A stretch of 64,000 bases of DNA from Nageia nagi (taxonomy: Eukaryota > Plantae > Pinophyta): assembly GCA_050084985.1 (NCBI GenBank), contig JBITNC010000001.1, positions 199,950,001 through 200,014,000 of the forward strand, written 5' to 3'. Below, piece by piece: positions 24,751 to 39,700 of this stretch. The notes beneath the pieces were generated by a model that saw nothing but the letters and a program-made list of their open reading frames with translations, did not search any database and was not told where the DNA came from. Each line of letters begins with the position of its first letter. Position 1 is the stretch's first letter. The position numbers and the translations under genes are program-made.

Positions 24751-27700
24751 ATCTTATACTTTTTGAAAATGGTCAAGCTTTTTTCCTACTAGGCATGCCA
24801 AAAAACAATTGTTGATTGAGATAGTGTAATGTGAAATATCATGTGAATTACAACCAATTAAGTATTTTCAATGCCTAGTTTAAAGGTTGATGTCTTATCT
24901 ATTGGACCTGACTATCCTCACAAGTAGATCTTCTACATTACTTTTAAGAAGGTAGGGTGCTAGAAAGAAATAAAAGATAAGAGTGTAGGAAAGTAAATAA
25001 TATAAAGTTTCTTAACCAATGTGTGCTTCCTAAAAGGAATGGTTGGAAGGATAATCAAACCAAAAACCATAAATCAATATCACTTATATTAGCAATACTA
25101 GCTAGATATGACATAAACAACCACTAATTCAACATTACACCATGAAATCACAAAGCATACACTAAAGCATACAAAATTATTTAAGCTCATACTTGATTAA
25201 ATAATTAAGAAAAGGGTAAACATGTCATACTTGTATTCATAAGATAACTTTAGGAACATTGTAGAGGGAAAACACTTAAATTTCTAATCCTTATCACATC
25301 AAAAATGCCTCTAGTTATGGGCCAAAACTTTGAAACATATCTCAAAGTATTCACTATTACTGAATTACAACAAACAATCATCGGTCAATTACATTCAAAA
25401 GCAACTACAACTAATCCTTAGAGGGTTTTTTGGAGCATTGTATTATTACCCTCATGCACCTTACATGGTATAGTTATATTGGGAATCATATGTAAGTGTT
25501 TAGTCCCTCAAACTAAGCTCTTATTTAGTGCCCCAAAATTAGCCTAAATCCATCATTTAGTGCCCCAAAATTAGCTTCTAGTGTTAGTTTTCAGGATTTT
25601 CCAATAAGTAGACTTCAATATCTTTTGTTATAGACTTTGTTTAGGAGAATAAATTAGGGAGCACCTTATTTCATGTTAACTGGGCTTGTATGCTGAGTTT
25701 GTTTAAGATCCAAGAAACTTACTATTTTTAGAAACTTTCTATTTTTAGTAACATCCTAGTTTCTAGTCGGTTGGTTATTTTTTTGAATTAGATTTTTCTT
25801 CTTTCTATATCTGCTATTGTAATAAGATTAAAAAGGCAGTTTAGATTGAAAAGAATAAAGAATTCAAGTTATGAATTTTATTCTTTCATTGATTTTCTTG
25901 TTATGTAAATCAATTTTTTTAGAGATTTGTTTTGGTATCTTGTAGGAATTTGCACCATGTTTACTCATAAATTTTGAAATAAAATGATTTATTAATGATC
26001 AAATCATCAAAATGATCAACTTTTCTTTTAAAACCATCTCGATCTGAGCTCTTGAGGTATGAATTCATGCAAGGTGTCCATACTTTGGCTATGAAGTGTT
26101 TGAAAAAAAGTCTTTTTAAAATGTGATGGTTTGGCATATTTTATATTATTCAAAGATATGAACATATGCTATCATATGGTATGGTTTATAGAAAATTTAT
26201 CTTTATTAAAATTAAGTGGCACAACAAAATAATGACATTTTTAAGGTATACATGTAAATAGAAATGGCCAAAAAACTTATTGAGTTTCTTAAAGAGAATA
26301 TAGAGGTGTTTTATTTTTCTTTAAGAGAAGCACAAGAGTCTATTACTTTTTCAAAAAAGGAGAAAAGATATTTATAAAGAGTTACAAAAATAAGTGGTTA
26401 TTTTTTCTCTCAAGCAAAGAGTTAAAAAGAGATAATAAAGGGTGTATCATGATTTTGGCTATAACTTTTGATTTGTGACTCTATTTGAGCCTGTTCTTTT
26501 TTTAGAGCATGTAGAATTCACATATATATAAGATCGTTATGTATACTATGAAAGATATCATTGATAGCTAAAAATATTATCTTATGATATGAATTTGTAA
26601 TTTTATTAGGGGTTTTTGTTAAGCTTGTGGAAAACATTTTTGTTGTGTGTTCAGAGAATCAAATTTCAGGTTGTTGGAGTGTAGTGGGATTGAGATAGTT
26701 AGTGTGAGAAGAGATTAAATTTCAATAAGACCATTTGGGGTCTTTAGGAATTGGAATCATTTTTGCAACAACTTGAGGTGTTATCAAGTGGGTGCTTAGC
26801 AATCGAGGTCAAAGCTCTATGTAGTAGGTGTAGAGAAATATTTTGTTGATTGGTGCCATCCTCAACTAGATTTGGGTGGGATCCCAAGAATTCCATTGGT
26901 ATAGTGGTTTTTCCCACATCAAGTTTCCACTATAAATCTTATGTTATGTGATACATGCTTTTGTGAGTGTGTTTGATTGTTGGATTTTTGTAGTTGGTTA
27001 AAGTTTTAATTCACACTTATTCAAACCCCCCCTCTCAATGTCACACATAATTCAACATTATAGAGTTTCTAGTAAATAATTGAGAAGCCCTAGGTATCTC
27101 ATCAAAGGAAGGTGTAGATATAGAAGGGTGTTGGGTCTCCTTAGGAAATGTAATATATGGAGTAAAAGGAGATGTGATATAACTTGGAAGCTTTTTGATC
27201 ATGATGAGTGAAGATTCAATTATTGTAGATACTCTATATAATGATGGGAATGTTTTTTCTCTATATATTTCTATTTTAAATGCCATATCATGTGTAAAAG
27301 CCCTTATAAAATACATATATGTAATGAATGCTAGGGGTTTTACTTGGGTTGAGATTTGACTCCATGTCTTACCAAAATAGATATTGAAGTATGTGATAGA
27401 CTCCTATAGATACCTCTAGATAGTATTAAAGTATATGAATTGGGAATAACAATATTTAGTTTCATCAAATTCTTGGATGAAGGCCTCAATGAGATATCTC
27501 CATGTAGTAATAGATTTATCTTTTGGACATCGATACTAGTCTAATATATTTTCTTTGAAAGATTATTCTAGGAGCCTCACCATTACGTTCTCTTTGGTGA
27601 TGTTATATTTATTTCTTGTAGTAATCATTTCAAGACAATGCTCATAAGTCATCTTCCTAATACCATTATAATTCAGATGGAATTTAGAGCATTTGATGGA

Positions 27701-30700
27701 ATAACCATTGAATTTATCAAGGGACTAATAATATTCTATTCTAGATAGAGATGAGTTGCTTCTTGAGAATCCATTATTGATATCACATTGAACATTGATA
27801 AAAAATTTCAAGCAAGAGGTTTTACTAGAATGGGGATATCAATCAAATACTTAGTCCTTATAATAGTCTTCTTCCCTTTCAAGTCAAGTTCATAGAATTC
27901 AAGAAGATTCTTTCTTACCTTAGCTTGAGTTCTTGTAAATATGAACTCAATTTGTGCTTAAGTAGCATTATATTTTGATAATGAGTTTCTTTCCCAAAGC
28001 TTATTTTTGGGTATGAATCTTGATCATACGAATAACCTTGATTTGCAATGTTGCTAATAAGACCCTTATGTATCTTACACTTTTTGATAATGGTCAAGCA
28101 TTTTTCCTACCAGGCATACCAAAAAAATAATTATTTATTGAAATTATGTAATGTGAAAGATCATGTGAATTACAACCGATCAAGTTTTTTCAACATCTAG
28201 TCTAAAGGTTGATGCCCTATCTATTAGGTCTAACTATCCTCAAGGGTAGATCTTCTACATTACTTTTAAGAAGGTAGGGTGCTAGAAAGAAATAATAGAT
28301 AAGAGTGCATGAAAGTGAATAATATAAAGTTCCTTAACCAATGTGTGCTTCCTAAAAGGAATGGTTGGAAGGATAACCAAACTAACAACCATAAATCACT
28401 ATCGCATATATTAGCAATACTAGCTAGATATGACATAAATAACCACTAATTCAACATTACACCATGAAGTCATGAAGCATACACTAAAGCATACAAAATT
28501 ATTTAAGCTCATACTTTATTAAATAATTGATAAAAGGGTAAACATGTCATACTTGTATTCATAAAATAACTTTAGCAACATTATAGAGGGAAAACACTTA
28601 AATGTTTGACCCTTATCACATCAAAAATGCCTCTAGTTATGGGTCAAAACTTTGTAACATATCTAAAAGTATTCACTATTACTTAACTACAACTAACAAC
28701 CATCAATCAATTACATTCAAAAGAAACTAAAACTAATCTTTAGAGGCTTTTCTAAAGCATTGCATTATTCCCCTCATGCCCCTTTCATGGTATAGTTATA
28801 TTGGGAATCATATGTGAGTGTTTAGTCCTTCAAATTGAGATCTCATTTAGTGCTCCAAAATTAGCTTTTAGTGTCAATATTCATGAATTTCTAATAATTA
28901 TACTTTAATATATTTTGTTATAGAATTTTTTTAAAATAATAAATTGGGGAGCACCTTATTCCATGTTAACTGGGCTTATACACCGAGTTTAACTAGGACC
29001 TGAGGAAATTTCTATTTTTAGAAACTTTCTATTTTTAGGAACATCTTGGTTTCCAATTAGTTGATTATTTTTTTGAATTAGAATTTTCTTCTTTCTATCT
29101 TAGCTTTTGTAATATACCTAAAAAGGTAATGTAGATTCAAAAGAATAAAGAATTCCTATTGTGAATTTTATTCTTCCATTGATTTGCTTGTTGTGTAAAT
29201 TGATTTTTTTGGAGATTTATTTTGATCTCTTGTAGGAATCTGCATCATTTTTGGTCATAAGTTTCAAAATTTGATGATTGATTGATGATCAACTCATCAA
29301 AATGATCAACTTTTCTTTTTGAACCATCTAAATTTGAGCTCTTGAGGTATGAATTTATGCACAGTGTCCATACTTTGGCCATGAAATGTTTGACAAAATG
29401 TGTCTTTAAAATATGATGGTTTGACATATTTTATATTATTGAAAGATATGAATATATGCTATAATATGACACAATTTATAGGAAAATCATCTTTATTAAA
29501 ATTAAGTGGCATAATAAAATAATGATATTTTGGAGGTGTACATGTAAATAAAAATGGCCAATAAACTTATTGAGTTTCTTAAAGAGAATATAGAGGTGTT
29601 TTATTTTTTCTTTAAGAGAAGCACAAGATTTGGTTACATTTTTAAAAAAAGAGAAAATATATTTATAATAAGGAGTTACAAAAAGAAGTTTTTTTTTCTC
29701 TTAAGGAAAGAGTGAAAAAGAGATAATGAAGGGTGTCTCATGATTTTGGTTATAAATTTTGATTCATGAATTTGTTTAAGTCCATTATTTTTCTAGAGAA
29801 TGCAAAATTTGAATATATATATAAGATCATCATATATCCTATAGAATACATCATTTAGAGCTAAAAACATCATCTTGTGGTACAAATTTGCAATTTTATT
29901 GAATGTTTTTATTAAGCTTATGGAAAATATTTTTGTTTTATGTGCAGAGAATCAACTTTCAGGTTATTAGATTGTATTGGGATTGAGATAGTTAGTGTAA
30001 GAAGAGATTGAAGTTGAGGAAGACCATTTAGGGTCTATAAAAATTGGATTCTTTTTTGCTACATCTTTAAGGTCTTATCAAGTGGGTGCTTAGCAATTAG
30101 GGTTAAACTTCCATGTAGTGGGTGCAGCAAAATATTTGGGTGGTTGGTGCCATCCTCATAGTGGGTGCTATAGAAATTTGTAAAAATCCATCAATTTTAT
30201 TTTTAAATATATTTGGGTAGGATCCCAACTATTCCATTAGTATAGTGGTTTTTCCCACTTTGAGTTTTTACTATAAATCTCTTATTATGTGATGCATGCT
30301 TTTGTGAGTGTGTTTGATTGTTGGATTTTTATAGTTGGTTAAAGTTTTAATTCACATTTATTTACCCCACCCACTCTCAGTGTCATACATAGTTAAACAT
30401 TATAGAGTTTCTTTAAAATAAATGAGAATCCCTAGGTATCTCTTCCAAGGAAGGTGCAGATAAATCAAGATGATGGATCTCCTTAGGAAATGTAATACAT
30501 GGAGTAAAAGGAGATGTGATTTGACTTGGGAGCTTTTCAATCATGAAGAGTGAAGCTTTAATTATTATAGCTACTCTATATAATGATGGGAATGTTGTTT
30601 CTCTATATATTTCTATTTTCAACATCATATCATGTGTAAAAGCCCTTATAAAATACATATATGTAATGAATTCTAGGGGTGGGTTGAGATTCAACTCCAT

Positions 30701-33700
30701 GTCTTACCTAAATGGATATTGAAGTATGTGATGTATTCCTATAGATACATCTAAATGGTAGTAAAGTGTATAAATAGGGAATAATAATATTTAGTTTCAT
30801 TAAATTCCTTGATGAAGGGCTTAATGAGATATCTCCATGTAGTAATAGATTTATCTAGTAGACATCGATACTAATCTAATATCTTTTCTTTGAAAGACTA
30901 TGCTAGGAGCCTCACCATTACATTCTCTTTGGTGATATTATATTTATTTCTTGTATAATTATGTCAAGAAAATTATCATAAGTCTTCTTTATAGTACCAT
31001 CATAATCTAGAGGGACTTTAGAGTATTTGATGGAATATCCATTGAATTTATCAAGTTCAAGGGACTAACAATATTCTATTGTAGATAGATATGAGTTTCT
31101 CTTGAGAACCCATTATTGATATTGCATTGAACATCGATAGCAAAGTTTGAGTAGGAGGTTTTACTAGAATGGGGATATCAATCAAATACTTAGTTCCTCT
31201 AATATTTTTCTTCCCTTTTAGGTCAATTTCATAGAATTCAAGAAGATTCTTTTTTGCCTTAGCTTGAGTTCTTGTAAATATGAACTCAACTTGTTCTTAA
31301 GGAGGATTATATTTTAGTAATGAATTCTTTCCCAAATCTTGTTATATTTGGTAATGAATCTCAATCATATGACTAACCTTGATTTGCAAAGTTGCTAATA
31401 AGACCCTTAGCGATCTTCTACTTTTTGAAAATGGTCAAGCTTTTATCCTACCATGCATACCAAAAAAATAATTACTGATCGAGATTGTGTAATGTGAAGG
31501 ATCATGTGAATTACAATTGATCAAGTATTTTCAATGTCTATTTTAAAGGTTTATGCCTTATCTATTAGACCGGACTATCCTCAATGGTAGATATATTGTA
31601 TTAGTTTTAAGAAGTTAGGGTGCTAGAAAGAAATAAAAGATAAGAGTGTAGGAAAGTGAATAATATAAAGTTCCTTAACCAATGTATTCTTCCTAAAAGG
31701 AATGGTTGGAAGGATAATCAAACTAACAACCATAAATCAATATGGCCTATATTAGCAATACTAGCCAAATATGGCATAAACAACCACTAATTCAACATTA
31801 TACCATGAAGTCATGAAGCATACACTAAAGCATACAAAATTATTTAAGCTCATACTTGACCAAATAATTGAGAAAAGGGTAAACATGTCATACTTGTATT
31901 CACAAAATAACTTTAGTAACATTTAAGAGGGAAAACACTTAAATGTCTAACCCTTATCACATCAAAAATACCTCTATTTATAGGCCAAAACTTTGTAACA
32001 TATCTAAAATTATTCACTATTACTAAACTACAACTAACAAATATTGGTCACTTACATTCAAAAGCAACTACAACTAATCCTTAGAGGGTTTTTTGGAGCA
32101 CTGTATTATTCCCCTCATGCCCCCTGCAAGGTATAGTTATATTGGGGATCATATGTGAGTGTTTAGTCCCTCAAATTGAGCTTTCATTTAGTGTCCCAAA
32201 ATTAGCCTAAATCCATCATTTAGTGCCCCAAAATTAGCTTTTAGTGTCAGTTTTCAAGATTTTCCAATAAGTAGACTTTAATATCTTTTGTTGTAGAATT
32301 TATTTAGGAGAATAAATTGGAGAGCACCTTAGTCCATGTTAACTAGGTTTATACACCAAGTTTGGCTAGGATCCGAGGAACTTTCTATTTTTACTAACTT
32401 TCTAGTTTCTAGTTAGTTGGTTACTTTTTCTAATTAGAATTTTCTTCTTTCTATATTAGCTATTGTAACAAACTTGAAAAGGTAGTGTATCTTCAGAAGA
32501 AAAAAGAATTACTATTATGAATTTTATTCTTCTAATTATTTGCATGTTGTGTAAATCATTTTTTTTAGATTTATTTTAATTTTTTGTAAGAATTTGCACC
32601 ATATTTGGTCATAAATTTTAAAATTTGATGATTGGTTGATGATTAGCTCATCAAAATGAGCAACTTTTCTTTTTGAACCATCTCGATCTGAACTCTTGAT
32701 GTATGATTTTGTGCAAGGTGTCCATACTTTGGCTGTGAAGTGTTTCACAAAATGTATCTTTAAAATGTGATGGTATGGTGTCTTTTATATCATTAAAGAT
32801 ATGAATATATGCTATCATATGGAATGGTTTATATAAAAATGATCTTTATTAAAATTAAGTGGCACAACAAAATAATTACATTTTGGAGGTATACATGTAA
32901 ATAGAAATGGCTGACAAACTTATTGAGTTTCTTAAAGAGAATATAGAGGTGTTTTATTTTATTTAAGGTAAGTGCAAGAGTTAGTTACTTTTTTTTTTAA
33001 AAAAAAGGAGAAAAAATCTTTATAAGAATAAGGAGTTACAAAAAGAAGTGTTTTTTTTCTCTCAAGAAAAGACTAAAAAAGAGATAATTAAGAGTGTCTC
33101 ATGATTTTGGCTATAACTTTTGATTCGTGTCTCCATTTGAGCTCATTTATTTTTTAGAACATGTAGAATTTAAATATCTATAATATAATCATGTATCTTA
33201 TGGAAGACATCATTAAGAGATAAAAAAACCATCTTTTGGTATGAATTATTAATTTTATTAAGGGGAGCTTATGGAAAAAAAATTTGTTGTGTGTGTAGAG
33301 AATCAACTTTCAGGTTGTTGGAGTGTAGTGGGATTGAGATAATTAGTGTGAGGAAATATTTAATTTGAGAAGGACTATTTAGGATCTTTAAAAATTGAAT
33401 TCATTTTTGCTACATCTTTGGGTTCTTATCAACTAGGTGCTTACCAATAGAGGTTAGAGCTTCATGCAGTGGGTGCAGCAAAATATTTGGTTGGTTGGTA
33501 CCATCCTCGTAGTGGGTGCTATAGAAATTTTTAAAAATCCATCCATTTTATTTTCAACTAGATTTGGGTGGGATCCCAAGCAATCCATTGGTACAATGGT
33601 TTTTCCCACATCAGGTTTCTAGTATTAATATTATGTTATGTGATGCATGCTTTTGTGAGTGTGTTTGATTGTAGGATTTTTATAGTTGGTTAAAGTTTTA

Positions 33701-36700
33701 ATTCACATTGATTCACCCCCCATCTTAGTGTCACACATAATTCAACATTATAGAGTTTCTAGTAAATAACTAAGAAGCCCTAGGTATCTCTTCCAAGAAA
33801 AGTATAGATAAAGCAGGATGTTGGGTCTCCTTAGGAAATGTAATATATGGAGTAAAAGGAGATGTGATCTAACTTAGAAGCTTTTTGATCATGATGAGTG
33901 AAGATTCAATTATTGCAGATACTCTATATAATGATGAGAATATTTTTTCTCTATTTATTTCTATTTTCAATGCCATATCATGTGTAAAATCCCTTATAAA
34001 ATACATATATGTAATGAATGCTAGGGGTTTTACTTGGGTTGAGATTTGACTCCATGTCTTACCAAAATAGATATTGAAGTATGTGATGGAATCCTGTAGA
34101 TACCTCTAGATGGTAGTAAAATGTATGAATAAAGAATAACAATCTTTAGTTTCATAAAATTATTTGATGAAGGGTTCCATGTGATATCTCCATGTAGTAA
34201 TAGATTTATCAGTAGATATCAATACTAGTCTAATATCTTTTCTTTGAAAGACTATGCTAGGAACCTCACCATTATGTTCTCTTTGGTGATGTCATATTTA
34301 TTTATTGTAGTAATTATCTCAATACAATGCTCATAATTCATCTTCTAGATACTATCATAATCCAAAGGGACTTTAGAACATTTAATGGAATAGCCATTGA
34401 ATTTATCAAGTTCAAGGGACTAACAATATTCTTTTCTCAATAGATATGAGTTTCTTCTTGAGAATCCATTATTGATATTGCATTAAATGTTGATAGAAAA
34501 GTTTGAGCAAGAGGCTTTACTAGAATGGGGATATCAATCAAATACTTAGTCCTTCTAATAGTGTTCTTCCATTTTAGGTCAAGTTCATAGAATTCAAGAA
34601 GATTATTTCTTGCCTTAGCTTGAGTTCTTATACATATGAAGTCAATTTGTGATTAAGAAGGATTATATTTTGGTAATGAGTTCTTTCCCAAATCTTGTTA
34701 TATTTTGGAATCAATATCAAACATACAAATAACCTTGATTTGCAAATTTGTTAATAAGACCCTTGGGGATCTTATACTTTTTGAAAATGGTCAAGCTTTT
34801 TTCCTACCATGCATGCTAAAAAAATAATTGTTGATCGAGATTATGTAATGTGAAATATCATATGAATTACAACTGATCAAGTATTTTCAATGTCTAGTTT
34901 AAAGGTCGATGTCTTATCTATTGGACCTGACTATCCTCACAAGTAGATCTTCTACATTACTTTTAAGAAGGTAGGGTGCTGGAAAGAAATAAAAGATAAG
35001 AGTGCAATAAAGTGAATAATATAAAGTTCCTTAACCAATTTGTGCTTCCTAAAAGGAATGGTTGGAAGGATAATCAAACCAAAAACCATAAATCAATATC
35101 ACCTATATTAGCAATACTAGCTAGATATGACATAAACAACCACTAATTCAACATTACACCATGAAGTCATGAAGCATACACTAAAGCATACAAAATTATT
35201 TAAGCTCATACTTGATCAAATAATTGAGAAAAGGGTGAACATGTCATACTTGTATTCATAAAATAACTTTAGCAACATTGTAGAGTGAAAAAACTTAAAT
35301 GTCTTATCCTTATCATATCAAAAATGCCTCTATTTATAGGCCAAAATTTTGTAACATATCTTAAAGTATTCACTATTACTTAACTATAATTAAAAACCAT
35401 TAGTTGATTACATTCAAAAGAAACTATAACTAATCCTTAGAGGGTTTTTTGCAGCATTGCATTATTCCCCTCATGCCCCCTACATGTTCTAGTTATATTG
35501 GGAATAATATGTGAGTCTTTAGTTCTTCAAACTGACCTCTTATTTAGTGCCTCAAAATTAGCCTAAATCTATTAGTTAGTGCCCCAAAAGTAGCTTTTAG
35601 TGTTAATTTTTAGGATTTTCCAATAAGTAGACTTTAATATCTTTTGTTGTAGAATTTGTTTAGGGGAATACATTTGAGAGCACCTTAGTTCATGTTAACT
35701 GGGCTTATATGCCAAGTTTGGCTAGGATCCAAGGAACTTTCTATTTTAAGAAACTTTCTATCTTTAGAAACTTTATATTTTTAGTAGCTTCCTAGTTTCC
35801 AATTGATTGGTTATTTTTTCTTATTAGACTTTTCTTCTTTCTATATTAGCTATTGTAAAAAACCTAAAAAGGTAGTGTAGATTTAGAAGAATAAAGAATT
35901 GCTATTGTGAATTTTATTCTTCCATTGATTTTCATGTTGTGTAAATTGATTATTTTTTAGATTTATTTTAATATTTTGCAGGAATTTGCACCATATTTGG
36001 TCATGAATTTTAAAATTTTATGATTTATTGATGATTAGCTCATCAAAACAAGCAACTTTACTTTTTGAACCATCTCGATCTGAGCTCTTGAGGTATGATT
36101 TTATGCAAGGTGTCCATACTTTAGCTGTGAAGTGTTTCACAAAATGTCTCTTTAAAATGTGATGGTGTGGCATATTTTATATTATTGAAAGATAGGAATA
36201 TATGCTATCATATGGCATGATTTATAAAAAAATCATCTTTATTAAAATTAAGTGGCACAACAAAATAACGACATTTTGGAGGTATACATGTAAATAGAAA
36301 TGGTCGGCAAACTTATCGAGTTTCTTAAAAAGAATATAGAAGTGTTTTATTTTTCTTTAAGAGAAGTGCAAGAGTCAGTTACTTTTTAAAAAAAGGAGAA
36401 AATAACTTTATAACAAGAAGGATTTACAAAAATAAATGGTTTTTTTTTCTCTCAAGCAAAGAATGAAAAAGAGATAGTGAAGGGTGTCTCACAATTTTGG
36501 CTATAACTTTTGATTTGTGACTCTATTTGAGCTCATTGTTTTTAAAGACCATGCAGAATTTGAATATCTATAATATCATTATCTATCACATGGAATACAT
36601 CATTGAGAGATAAAAACATCATCTTGTTGTATGTGCAAGGAATCAATTTTCAGGTTGTTGGAGTGTAGTGGGATTAAGATAGTTAGTGTGAGAAGAGATT

Positions 36701-39700
36701 GAAGTTGAGAAAGACCATTTAGGATATTTAGGAATTGGATTCATTTTTGTTACATATTTAAAGTTCTTGTCAAGTGGGTGCTTAACAATTAGGGTAAAAA
36801 CTCCATGTAGTGGGTACATTAAAATATTTGGTTAGTTGGTGCCATCCTCATAGTGGGTGCTATAGAAATTTGTAAAATTCCATTCATTTTATTTTCAACT
36901 AGATTTGGGTGGGATCCCAAGCATTCCATCGGTACAATGATTTTTTCAACATCAAGTTTTCACTATAAATCTTATGTTATGTGATGCATATTTTTATGAA
37001 TGTGTTTGATTGATATATTTTTATAGTTTGTTAAAGTTTTAATTCACACTGATTCACCCCCCCTTTTAGTGTCACACATAGTTCAACATTATAGAGTTTC
37101 TAGCAAATAACTAAGCATCCCTACATATCTCTTCCAAGGAAGGTGCAAATAAAGTAGGATGTTGGGCCTCCTTATGAAATGTAACATATAGAGTAAAAGG
37201 ATATGTGATCTAACTTGGGATATTTTTTATCATGATGAGTAAAGCTTTAATTATTTTTTCTACTATATATAATTATGGGAATTTTGTTTCTCTATATATT
37301 TCTATTTTCAACTATATATCATATGTAAAATCCCTTATAAAATACATATATATAATGAATGCTATGGGTTTTACTTTGAGATTCGACTCCATGTCTTACT
37401 GAAATAGATATTGAAGTATGTGATGGATTCATATACATACCTCTATATGGTAGTAAAGTGTATGAATAGGGAATAAAAATCTTTATTTTCATCAAATTAT
37501 TTGATGAAGGGCTCCATGTGATATCTCCATGTAGTAATAGATTTGTCTGGTAGACATTGATACCATTCTAATATCTTTTCTTTGAAAGACTATGCTAGGA
37601 ACCTCACCATTATGCTCTCTTTGGTGATATTATATTTATTTCTTGTAGTAATTATGTCAAGATAATGCTCATAATTCATCTTCCTAGTACCATCATAACA
37701 CGAAGGGGATTTAGAGCATTTGATGGAATAACCATTGAATTTATCAAGTTCAAGGGACTAACACTATTCTATTCTAGATATATATGAGTTTCTTCTTGAG
37801 AATCTATTATTGATATTGTATTGAACATCAATAATAATGTTCGAGCAAGAGGTTTTACTATAACAAGGATATCAATCAAATACTTAGTCATTCTAGTAGT
37901 GTTCTTCCCTTTTAGGTCAAGTTCATAGAATTCAATAAGATTATTTCTTGCCTTAGCTTGAGTTCTTATAAATATTAACTCAATTTGTGCTTAATAAAGA
38001 AATGAATTCTTTCACAAAGTTTATTATATTTGGGAATGAATCTCAAGCATACAACTAACCTTGATTTGCAAAGTTACTAATAAGACCCTTGGGGATCTTA
38101 TACTTTTTGAAAATGGTCAAGCATTTTTTCTACCAAGCATGCCAAAATAATAATTATTGATTGAGATTGTGTAATGTGAAATATCATGTGAATTACAATC
38201 GATTAAGTTTTTTCAATGTATATTTTAAAGGTTTATGCCCTATCTATTGGATTTGACTATCCTCAAGGGTAGATCTTCTACATTACTTTTAAGAAGGTAG
38301 GGTGCTAGAAAGAAATAATAGATAAAAGTGCATGAGAGTGAATAGTATAAAGTTCCTTGACTAATGTGTGCTTCCTAAAAGGAATGGTTGGAAGGATAAC
38401 CAAACTAACAACCATAAATCAATATCGCCTATATTGGCAATACTAGCTAGATATGACATTATACCATGAAGTCATGAAGCATACACTAAAGCATACAAAA
38501 TTATTTAAGCTCATACTTGATCAAATAATTGATAAAAGGGTAAGCATGTCATACTTTTATTTATAAAATAACTTTAGCAATATTATAGAGGGAAAACACT
38601 TAAATGTTTGACCCTTATCATATCAAAAATGCCTCTATTTATAGGCTAAAACTTTGTAACATATTTAAAAGTATTCACTATTACTTAACTACAACTAACA
38701 ACCATAAGTTAGTTACATTAAAAAAAAATTAAAACTAATCTTAGAGGCTTTTTTGGAGCACTACATTATTCCCCTCATGCCCCTTGCATGGTATAGTTAT
38801 ATTGGGAATCATATGTGACTATTTAGTCCCTCAAACTGAGCTCTCATTTAGTGCCCTAAAATTAGCCTAAATCCATCATTTAGTGCCCCAAAATTAGCTC
38901 TTAGTGTGAGTTTTCAAGATTTTCCAATAAGTATACTTAAATATATTTTTTTGTAGAATTTTTTTAGGAGAATAAATTAGGGAGCTCCTTAGTCCATATT
39001 AACTAGGCTTTTATGTTGAGTTTTGTTAAGATCTGAGGAACTTTCTATTTTTAAAAACTTTCTATCTTAAGAAACTTTCTATTTTTAGTAACTTCCTAGT
39101 TTCTAATCAGTTGGTTATTTTTTCTAATTATACTTTTCTTCTTTCTATATTATCTATTGTAAAAAAACCTAAAAAGCTAGTGTAGATTCAAAAGAATAAA
39201 GAATTGTTGTTGTGAATTTTATTCTTCCATTGATTTTCATGTTGTGTAAATTGATTTTTTTTATATTTGTTTTAATATCTTACAAACATTTGCACCATAT
39301 TTGGTCCCAAATTTTAAAATCTAATGATTTATTAATGATTAGCTCATCAAAATGAGCCACTTTTATTTTTGAACCATCTCGATCTGAGCTTCTAAGGTAT
39401 GATTTTGTGCAAGGTGTCCATACGTTAACCATGAAGTGTTTCACAAAATGTCTCTTTAAAATGTGATGGTGTGGCATATTTTATATTATTGAAAGATATT
39501 AATATATGCTATCATATGGTACAATTTATATAAAAAAAAATCATCTTTATTAAAATTAAGTGGCACAACAAAATAACGATATTTTGGAGGTATACATGTA
39601 ATTAGAAATGGCCAACAAACTTTTTGAGTTTCTTAAAGAGAATATAGAGGTGTTTTATTTTTCTATAAGACAAGTGCAAGAGTTGGTTAATTTTAAAAAA

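Noticed and set aside
29245-39477. Repeated ORF (HFMAKVWT...HFDELIIN) as a conserved small gene family
   Set aside because: It lies antisense within the Copia LTR portion, starts and stops differ, and it is disrupted in other units; similarity just reflects the tandem duplication.
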